From the NCBI RefSeq assembly GCF_003428155.1, contig NZ_QLIR01000028.1, positions 1 to 15,001 on the forward strand: 15,001 bases of DNA. The letters run 5' to 3'. Within the stretch, counting starts at the first letter, position 1, and each line of letters opens with the position of its first letter. Below are positions 8,141 to 15,001 of the stretch, one piece after another. The notes beneath the pieces were generated by a model. It was not told where the DNA came from and searched no databases. It worked only from the letters and a program-made list of their open reading frames with translations. Source of the DNA: Fastidiosibacter lacustris. GTDB taxonomy: Bacteria; Pseudomonadota; Gammaproteobacteria; Francisellales; Francisellaceae. The position numbers and the translations under genes are program-made.

Positions 8141-9191
8141 TGTAGTAGAATACAAAAGGTTGTTGTTGTGTACTGGACTCAATGTGTCCAATTTCCCAGG
8201 CTACTTCACCCATTTGCGTCAAAGCATCTAAAACTGCTTTTTTATCTTGCTGAGCGATAGCCATCACAATGCCAGCACCGCAATTAAAAGTACGCAACAT
8301 TTCTTGTTGAGGAATGTTGCCTTGTTGCTGTAACCATTGAAAAACTTCAGGCAGCGTCCAACTATTGAGATTAATTTTAGCACGAGTGTAATCTGGTAAT
8401 ACGCGTGGAATATTTTCTGTGAAACCCCCGCCTGTGATATGTGAGATAGCATGAATGTTGAATTGTTTTAATAGAGTGAGTATCGTGTTGACATAAATCT
8501 TAGTTGGAGTCAATAGCGTTTTACCCAAGGTGCTATCTGCAAAAGGCATATCAAGTTTTGCTTTACTGTACTCAATTACCTTTCGTACTAAAGAGTAACC
8601 ATTTGAATGCACTCCAGAAGAAGCAATTGCAATGAGTATGTCACCATGTTTTACACGATCAGCGGTGATAATGTCTTCTTTCTCAACGATCCCCACACAA
8701 AAGCCAGCAAGATCATACTCCTCAGCTTGATACATACCAGGCATCTCTGCTGTTTCTCCACCAACCAAAGCGCAGCCTGATTGCTTGCAACCCTCAGCAA
8801 TGCCTGCAATGACTCTAGCAGCTTGTAGCGCGTTGAGTTTACTAGTTGCATAATAATCCAAAAAGAACAAAGGTTCAGCACCACCAACGATTAAATCGTT
8901 AACACACATAGCAACAAGATCAATACCAATTGTGCTGTGATCATTTAAGTCAAATGCAAGCTTAAGCTTGGTACCAACTCCATCAGTGCCTGAAACTAAA
9001 ACAGGTTTTTTGTAGCGATCAAGCGGAAGTTCAAATAATGCCCCAAATCCCCCTAAGCCTGCTAAGACTTCTTTACGCATCGTAGCTTTGGCTAGTGGCT
9101 TGATCTTTTCAACAAGAAGATTTCCTTCATCGATACTAACACCGGCATCTTGATAGGTTAAGGATTGGGTTGGCATTGCGTGTATTTCCAT
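8133..9191 (-). CDS. purM: phosphoribosylformylglycinamidine cyclo-ligase (AIR synthetase) PurM
   Basis: [40 protein letters not shown] and GGETAEMPG match PurM. The alternative ATG at 9176 ([12 protein letters not shown]) fits the E. coli N-terminus (MTDKTSLSYKDAG) better and has GGAA 9 nt upstream. Confidence 0.95.
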   Translation of the reverse strand: MEIHAMPTQSLTYQDAGVSIDEGNLLVEKIKPLAKATMRKEVLAGLGGFGALFELPLDRYKKPVLVSGTDGVGTKLKLAFDLNDHSTIGIDLVAMCVNDLIVGGAEPLFFLDYYATSKLNALQAARVIAGIAEGCKQSGCALVGGETAEMPGMYQAEEYDLAGFCVGIVEKEDIITADRVKHGDILIAIASSGVHSNGYSLVRKVIEYSKAKLDMPFADSTLGKTLLTPTKIYVNTILTLLKQFNIHAISHITGGGFTENIPRVLPDYTRAKINLNSWTLPEVFQWLQQQGNIPQQEMLRTFNCGAGIVMAIAQQDKKAVLDALTQMGEVAWEIGHIESSTQQQPFVFYYSE

Positions 9192-9247
9192 TGTTTATGA
9201 GCTCATGCAATGGCGCAGAGTATAAAACAAATGCTAGCAAAAGTCGC

Positions 9248-9751
9248 CTAATTATTAAGAAGTTTTTTATCGGAAAAGCGTTTGTCCTTGATATAAATCG
9301 TACGTGTTACAATCGCAATAAGCTCGTTGCTTTTATCATGAATTTTGACTTCTTTCTGCCAGTGAATTTTGCCATGTTGGATCGTTTGAGAAATGATTTC
9401 TTCAATACTCGCTTGATCCAATTTAAACTCACAATAGACAGTTGTCGTGCCTGGTTTTAGATACTTAATTGAAGACTCTTTGTCCCAGATAATATAGTTT
9501 TTGCCTAATAATTGACTAAGCATAAGCGGGTAAAAAGCATCTGTCATTGAAAATAACGAGCCACCAAAGTGAGTACCAAAGTAATTGCGATTGTACCACT
9601 TAAGAGGCATAGCAACTTTTATATGACGATAATCTTTAGCAATATAAAGTGTTTTGATGCTAGCTCCTTTGTATGGACGGTAGCGATTTAAAACAAACCG
9701 TAATAAGCTTACCGGCATTTTAGCAAGGAGCTTGCGAATTTGGCTGTGCAT
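9248..9751 (-). CDS. DUF4442 / YiiD_C-like hotdog-fold protein (putative acyl-CoA thioesterase)
   Basis: 167 aa. [27 protein letters not shown] and [16 protein letters not shown] resemble the conserved core of DUF4442 proteins as I remember it ([23 protein letters not shown] ... IVWDKAASIRF..PG). A strong GAGGAAAG precedes the ATG. Confidence 0.6.
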   Translation of the reverse strand: [167 protein letters not shown]

Positions 9752-9854
9752 GTACTTTCCTCAAAGCTTCGTAACATAAAATTAACTATTTCCAATTTAC
9801 TACAAAATCAAGTTTTAAATGGACAACTTGATTCTTCCTGTGAATAACTTAATT

Positions 9855-9983
9855 CTAATAAGGTGAGGAATGACCTGTCCTACACACTTGAAGTGATTTA
9901 TGGCTACGTTCACTAGTGAAACTTGCACTAACAACAAATGAGCTTGCTATCAATAGTCTGGTAGTTCTGTTTTTCATTTGCAT
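9855..9983 (-). CDS. hypothetical 42-aa ORF with signal-peptide-like N-terminus (below the ORF-track cutoff)
   Basis: Hand translation gives MQMKNRTTRLLIASSFVVSASFTSERSHKSLQVCRTGHSSPY*. It has a basic n-region, a hydrophobic stretch and a VSA-type small-residue site. AAAAGG lies 4 nt upstream of the first ATG (10 nt from the second, at 9977). No homology is recognised. It may be chance or a gene remnant. Confidence 0.2.
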   Translation of the reverse strand: MQMKNRTTRLLIASSFVVSASFTSERSHKSLQVCRTGHSSPY

Positions 9984-10106
9984 AAAACCTTTTCTTAAAA
10001 ATTATCAGCATTTACCTTATATCCTCCTAAAGCCTCTTTGTATAGATTAAGCGTAACCCTGTCTTTATTATGTTAAGCTATTAATCAAACTTTCATGTAT
10101 AAACAT

Positions 10107-10592
10107 TTATACTCTATCTGACTTTTTAAAACTCATAACAATTAAAATTCCAGCACCAATACAAATAGCTGAGTCGGCGATATTAAAGGCTGGCCAGTGA
10201 TAGTTGTTGATATGGAAATCCAAGAAATCAACAACGTAACCATGAATCATCCGATCATATAAGTTACCTAACGCGCCACCTAAAATAAGCGCTAAAGCGC
10301 AAGCTATTATATTTTTGTCTTTAGTTAGTTTGATTAACCAAATGAGGATAATTATTGATACAACAATTGCAATAGTAGAAAATAAAACCAATTGCCACAT
10401 GGTGTCGGCATTACTTAAAAAACTAAAGGCCGCACCGAAGTTGTGTAATAATGTTAAGTTGAAAAAAGCTAGCATTTTAACTGGCTTAGCATAAGTAAGC
10501 GTGGTGGAAGCAATATATTTTGTGCCAAGGTCAATTAAGATCACAACAATACTTAGCCACAACCAGCGGATTTGAGTATTACGCAAATTCAC
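10107..10592 (-). CDS. lspA: lipoprotein signal peptidase (signal peptidase II)
   Basis: 161 aa. [37 protein letters not shown] and [17 protein letters not shown] (catalytic Asp motifs) match LspA. The GTG start overlaps the ileS 3' end by 14 nt. There is an alternative TTG at 10586. Confidence 0.95.
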   Translation of the reverse strand: MNLRNTQIRWLWLSIVVILIDLGTKYIASTTLTYAKPVKMLAFFNLTLLHNFGAAFSFLSNADTMWQLVLFSTIAIVVSIIILIWLIKLTKDKNIIACALALILGGALGNLYDRMIHGYVVDFLDFHINNYHWPAFNIADSAICIGAGILIVMSFKKSDRV

Positions 10593-13389
10593 GCGCTTCC
10601 CCTTCTATTGAATCGATATTTTCAATACAGCGCTGGCAAATATCAGGGTGTTCGCAACTTGTGCCGACATCTTCACGGCGATGCCAACAACGTTCACATT
10701 TTTGTGCAGTTGATTTATCAACAACGATGCTAAGACCCTTAATATCAGTTTCAAGGGCATTTAGTGGCTTTTTGGTTAATGGTAGTAATTGCGCACTTGA
10801 AACAATTAATGCAAAGCGTAGCTCATCTTTAAGCTTAGCTAAATGATTATAAAGCGTGTCATCAGCAAAGAGCGTAACACAGGCTTCAAGGGACGCACCT
10901 AAAACCCCTTCTGTACGCTTTGCTTCAAGGAGTTTATTACACTCACTTCTAACATCTTGAACAATTTGCCAATAATCCAAATTAAATGGGCGATGATAAG
11001 GGATTGTAGTTAGTCCTTGATACCATTCACAAAGAATCAGATCAGGTTTATCCTCTCCCGGAATAGCTTCATAAATTTCATCGGCAGTAAAGCAAAGAAT
11101 AGGTGACATCCAGCGAACTAAGGCGTGAATGATGTGATACATCGCTGTTTGTGCCGATTTTCTAGGTTTGCCATTAGTTTTGGCTGTGTATTGACGATCT
11201 TTTATGACATCAAGATAGAAACTGCCCATATCAATTGAACAGAAATGGTGGATCTGTTGTGCTACAACGTGGAAGTTGTATTCATCGTATGCTGCAATAA
11301 TTTTTTGTTGCACTTCATAAGCCTTGGCAATAGCCCATTGATCCAATGCCACAAGCTTATCAAATGGCAAAAGATCATTCTTGGGATTAAAACCTTCTAA
11401 GTTTGACAGAAGAAAGCGTGCCGTATTGCGTAAACGGCGATAAGTATCGGCGTTACGCTTTAAAATTTCATCCGATACTGTCATCTCAGAGCGATAGTCG
11501 GTTGCAGCGACCCAAAGCCTAAGAATATCGGCACCTAGCGTGTTGACAACATCTTGAGGAGAAACGACATTCCCCAGTGATTTAGACATTTTTTTACCAT
11601 GGGCATCGACTGTAAAGCCATGAGTAAGTACCTGTTTAAAAGGTGCTTGATCACAACGAGCAAGGCTTGTTAACAATGAAGTTTGAAACCAACCACGATG
11701 TTGATCAGATCCTTCAAGGTATAAGTCAGCTGGAAATTGAAGATCTTTATTATACTCAAGCACACAAGCATTAGATGCGCCAGAATCAAACCAAACATCC
11801 AAGGTATCTGTGATACGTTGATAATCGTTTGTTTCGGCAATAAATTGGCTATCATCTGCTTCAAACCAGGCTTCAATACCATCTTTTTCAATCGCAAGGG
11901 CAACTTTTTGAATGATTTCAGATGTTTTAGGGTGGAGTTGTTCTGTGACTTTGTGAATGAATAAAGGAATTGGAACTCCCCATGTGCGTTGGCGTGAGAT
12001 ACACCAATCTGGGCGATCTTTCATCATTGCTTCAATACGACTTCTCCCCCAACTGGGTATCCATTTGACTTCTGTAATACTTTGCTTTGCACGATTACGT
12101 AAATTATTTTTTTCCATGCTGATGAACCATTGGGGTGTAGCACGGAAAATAAGAGGTGTTTTATGGCGCCAGCAATGTGGATAGCTATGCTCAAGCTTTT
12201 TAAAGTTAAGTAAGGCACTATTTTCTTTAAGTACTTCAATTACATGTTCATTGGCTTTAAAGACAAATTCACCTGCAAAAAATTCAGTATCGTTGTTATA
12301 ACAACCATTATTATTAACAGGATTATCAACGGGTAAATTATGGGTTTGACCTAAAGCAAAATCATCTACACCATGAGCAGGAGCTGTGTGCACCAAACCT
12401 GTTCCTGAGTCTACTGTGACATGATCACCATGTAAAACAGGTACAATACGATCATAAAATGGATGGTGTGCTTTTAAATGAGTCAATTGATCACCTGAAA
12501 CTGTGGCAAGGATATGATATGCATCAATATTCGTGCGTTTCATTACAGATTCAACTAACTCTGTTGCGATTATTATATTTTGATTATTGTTAAAATTAAC
12601 AACAGCATACCCAATGTCGTTATGTATGGCGATAGCTTGATTAGCAGGTAACGTCCAAGGCGTTGTTGTCCAAATCACAGCGGCGGTATTTTGAGATAAA
12701 TCCTCTAGACCAAAAGCTTCAGCCCATGCTTGAGTGTTTACAATGGTAAATTTTACATCAATTGCAGGGGAGGTTTTATCTTTGTATTCGACTTCAGCTT
12801 CAGCAAGTGCGGAACCACACTCAGGGCACCAATGAACAGGTTTAAAACCCTTAGTCAAATGACCGTTTTCAATAATTTTGCCAAGAGTACGTACCATATT
12901 GGCTTCATAGTCAAAGTTCATCGTAAGATAAGGATTCTCCCAATCTGCAAGGATACCTAAACGTTTAAAATCCTCAGCTTGGCGCTTAACCTGTTTAGCT
13001 GCATAATTGCGACATTCTTTACGAAAAGAATTAGCATCAATTTTGACATTGGCTTTGCCAACCTTTTTTTCAACTTGAAGCTCAATCGGTAAACCATGAC
13101 AATCCCAACCTGGAACAAAAGGTGCATCAAAGCCAGAGAGCGTTTTTGAACGCACAACTATATCTTTTAAAATCTTGTTGACAGCATGACCAACATGAAT
13201 ATCACCATTGGCATATGGCGGACCATCATGAAGAATAAACTTATCACGTCCTGCAAAATGTTCGCGGATCTTGTTATAAATATCTGCTTTTTCCCATTGT
13301 TTTAAACGCATAGGCTCTTTTTGTGCCAAGTTTGCTTTCATAGCAAACGATGTTTTCGGCAAGTTTAAAGTATCTTTATAGTCAGTCAT
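10579..13389 (-). CDS. ileS: isoleucine--tRNA ligase (type 1)
   Basis: 936 aa. It has the HIGH motif ([12 protein letters not shown]), KMSKS ([10 protein letters not shown]), the CP1 editing region and a C-terminal Zn-binding Cys cluster (CERCW ... CQRC). The order ribF-ileS-lspA is the same as in E. coli. Confidence 0.98.
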   Translation of the reverse strand: MTDYKDTLNLPKTSFAMKANLAQKEPMRLKQWEKADIYNKIREHFAGRDKFILHDGPPYANGDIHVGHAVNKILKDIVVRSKTLSGFDAPFVPGWDCHGLPIELQVEKKVGKANVKIDANSFRKECRNYAAKQVKRQAEDFKRLGILADWENPYLTMNFDYEANMVRTLGKIIENGHLTKGFKPVHWCPECGSALAEAEVEYKDKTSPAIDVKFTIVNTQAWAEAFGLEDLSQNTAAVIWTTTPWTLPANQAIAIHNDIGYAVVNFNNNQNIIIATELVESVMKRTNIDAYHILATVSGDQLTHLKAHHPFYDRIVPVLHGDHVTVDSGTGLVHTAPAHGVDDFALGQTHNLPVDNPVNNNGCYNNDTEFFAGEFVFKANEHVIEVLKENSALLNFKKLEHSYPHCWRHKTPLIFRATPQWFISMEKNNLRNRAKQSITEVKWIPSWGRSRIEAMMKDRPDWCISRQRTWGVPIPLFIHKVTEQLHPKTSEIIQKVALAIEKDGIEAWFEADDSQFIAETNDYQRITDTLDVWFDSGASNACVLEYNKDLQFPADLYLEGSDQHRGWFQTSLLTSLARCDQAPFKQVLTHGFTVDAHGKKMSKSLGNVVSPQDVVNTLGADILRLWVAATDYRSEMTVSDEILKRNADTYRRLRNTARFLLSNLEGFNPKNDLLPFDKLVALDQWAIAKAYEVQQKIIAAYDEYNFHVVAQQIHHFCSIDMGSFYLDVIKDRQYTAKTNGKPRKSAQTAMYHIIHALVRWMSPILCFTADEIYEAIPGEDKPDLILCEWYQGLTTIPYHRPFNLDYWQIVQDVRSECNKLLEAKRTEGVLGASLEACVTLFADDTLYNHLAKLKDELRFALIVSSAQLLPLTKKPLNALETDIKGLSIVVDKSTAQKCERCWHRREDVGTSCEHPDICQRCIENIDSIEGEAREFA

Positions 13390-13392
13390 GTT

Positions 13393-14346
13393 TTAAACCT
13401 TTAGATGGGTTATTAGGTTGTGTTGTTTTAACCAGCTTAGCGCTGTGGTTTTATCTTGTTCAATTTGCAGTTTCAGTTCCTCAAAACCAGAGAATTTTTT
13501 CTCGCCACGTAGAAACTGTAGAAACTCAATCGTAACATATTGACCATACAAGTCATGAGCAAAGTTAAAGATATACGTTTCCAATAATCTTAAGCGCCCA
13601 CAAACCGTTGGTCTAACCCCAATATTGGCAATGCCCTGATAGACTTGCCCCTTTAGATGGATATTTACTACATAGACCCCAGAAACTACAACCTGAGTAG
13701 GCATGGGGATATTAATGGTAGGAAAACCAAGTTTGCGACCATTTTGATTACCGTGATGAATGCGTCCACTTAAGGTATAAGAGTGACCCAACAGAGTTTG
13801 CGCTTGTTCAAAATTCCCTTGTTGGAGTAAAATACGAATATAACTACTACTGACGCGGACACCACCATTTTGAACAAAAGAAGGTAAACTCTCAACGTTA
13901 AAACCAAATTTTAGACCAAGCTCTTTTAGTAAGGTAAAGTCACCTTCACGCTTATGACCAAAACGAAAATCATCACCAACGATGACATGTTTGGCATTTA
14001 AGCCGTAAACCAAGATTTTCTCAATAAATTCATGAGGGTCAAGGCTAGCAAGTTTTTGATTAAATGCCAAACACAACACTTGGTCAATATGATGCTTTTG
14101 TAGTGCTTGTAGCTTGTCACGGAAAGGAGTGATGCGTGGCGGGGCCTGATCTTTTAAGAAAAACTCTTTGGGTTGTGGCTCAAAGCAGATGACATTAGAG
14201 GTAAGTCTGAGGGTTTTTGCCAGCTTGGCAACGTGATTAAGAATAGACTGATGTCCTAAGTGCATGCCATCAAAATTGCCAATTGTAACAACGCTAGGTG
14301 TTTTATTTTTACTGCTATTTAAATCTGCAAAGCGTAACAATCGCAT
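13393..14346 (-). CDS. ribF: bifunctional riboflavin kinase / FMN adenylyltransferase
   Basis: 317 aa. GNFDGMHLGHQ (FAD synthetase N domain), GFPTINI and the C-terminal riboflavin kinase domain (LRLLETYIFNF..DLYGQ..IEF..FLRGEKKF) are present. The stop lies 3 nt before the ileS ATG. Confidence 0.95.
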   Translation of the reverse strand: MRLLRFADLNSSKNKTPSVVTIGNFDGMHLGHQSILNHVAKLAKTLRLTSNVICFEPQPKEFFLKDQAPPRITPFRDKLQALQKHHIDQVLCLAFNQKLASLDPHEFIEKILVYGLNAKHVIVGDDFRFGHKREGDFTLLKELGLKFGFNVESLPSFVQNGGVRVSSSYIRILLQQGNFEQAQTLLGHSYTLSGRIHHGNQNGRKLGFPTINIPMPTQVVVSGVYVVNIHLKGQVYQGIANIGVRPTVCGRLRLLETYIFNFAHDLYGQYVTIEFLQFLRGEKKFSGFEELKLQIEQDKTTALSWLKQHNLITHLKV

Positions 14347-14715
14347 GTGGGGTTTAACCTAAATTTTTGTGCACACTGTTTTTGACCTTACTTCACAAGC
14401 AGGTTTGAGAGTACTTTGTGATAAGTGGATAAGCATGCTATTACAACTAGGCTGGTATTATTATATATTAGTGCCCATTTTTCAATTGCTGTCCTTAATT
14501 AACGTGAGCACCCGTTAGGATTATCAGAAAAATGTGTTGAAATACAACTAGATGCAAATAACTATAAACCAGTTGCAACATCAATAATTTTTGTTTATTT
14601 TCCATAGGGAACAAGTTAATCAGTTTTTCTTGCATAAGATGATGAGTATTTACTTATTTTTTTTGCTAAGAATAGTTTTGAAAAAACCAGTTATGATATA
14701 GGCACTGTGTGACGT

Positions 14716-14925
14716 ATGACATCAGAAGCAGATACTAAAGCTAATTACATTGATCCCGCACTAAAAGCCGCGGATTGGCAATCGACAAACATTGTTCGAG
14801 AATACTATTTTACCGATGGACGCAAGTTGGCAGGAGGCATGCGTGGTCGTCGTTGTTTTGTTGATTACCTACTTCACGCCATGTTCAACTTTTTAAATCC
14901 CCAATTTTTCAAACTGTATCGCTAA
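14716..14925 (+). pseudogene. hsdR: 5' remnant of a type I restriction enzyme R subunit gene (HsdR N-terminal domain only)
   Basis: MTSEADTKANYIDPALKAADW ... FTDGR ... VDYLLH matches the conserved HsdR N-terminus (SEAxTRxxxIDPxLxxAGW ... FTDGR ... ADYxL). Intact HsdR is roughly 800-1100 aa. Here the resemblance stops after about codon 54 (near nt 14877) and the frame terminates at codon 70. No hsdM or hsdS is in the window. Confidence 0.6.
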
Positions 14926-15001
14926 ATAACCTTCACTCTTGCATATGACAGCACTAACGGTATGCGCAAGTACCTTTCTGGCAATTCGCTTCGTTAAATG
15001 C
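14893..15001 (-). CDS. possible 3' end of a minus-strand ORF entering from the right edge (transposase-like tail?, partial)
   Basis: Hand translation of the minus strand from 15000 gives ..HLTKRIARKVLAHTVSAVICKSEGYLAIQFEKLGI* with a TAA at 14893-14895. The RIxxKVLAxTV pattern is reminiscent of C-termini of IS982/IS4-type DDE transposases, from memory only. A competing plus-strand ORF (ATG 14945, MTALTVCASTFLAIRFVKC..) is also open to the window end. Confidence 0.2.
   Translation of the reverse strand, partial: HLTKRIARKVLAHTVSAVICKSEGYLAIQFEKLGI

Noticed and set aside
9192-9247. Search for a PurR box or purine riboswitch upstream of purM.
   Set aside because: No ACGCAAACGTTTGCGT-like palindrome and no purine-riboswitch-like conserved core was seen. 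The spacer is only 56 bp.
14495-14635. 46-aa minus-strand ORF (MQEKLINLFPMENKQKLLMLQLVYSYLHLVVFQHIFLIILTGAHVN*) upstream of ribF.
   Set aside because: No Shine-Dalgarno and no recognisable motif, and it lies in very AT-rich sequence. Treated as chance unless conservation or Ribo-seq says otherwise.

Overview
AT-rich window that reads as an ordinary core-chromosome segment of a gammaproteobacterium. Protein motifs and gene order look Legionellales-like, but that assignment is unverified. Sixteen housekeeping or conserved CDS lie head-to-tail on the minus strand: sspB, sspA, rpsI, rplM, ffh, a BAX-inhibitor/YccA-family membrane protein, a divergent POT/PTR2-like transporter, lipB, ybeD, purN, purM, a DUF4442 hotdog-fold protein, lspA, ileS and ribF. 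One tRNA-Ser(UGA) lies on the plus strand at 2474-2561. I found no CRISPR array, no tandem repeat array, no complete mobile element, and nothing I can defend as a novel multi-gene system. The only accessory-type signal is at the right edge. A 369-bp non-coding stretch follows ribF, then a 5' stub of a type I restriction hsdR gene (14716-14925). That stub loses homology after about 54 codons and overlaps a short minus-strand ORF tail entering from the window end, which could be an IS transposase C-terminus (weak). Other points worth a second look are a 355-bp orphan gap after lspA with a consensus AGGAGG and small ORFs (one with a signal-peptide-like N-terminus), a POT-like transporter that seems to lack the canonical ExxERFxYY motif, and several over-extended starts in the ORF track (sspA, the YccA-like gene, purN, possibly purM). 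All product calls come from my recognition of conserved motifs in the supplied translations. No database search was run.
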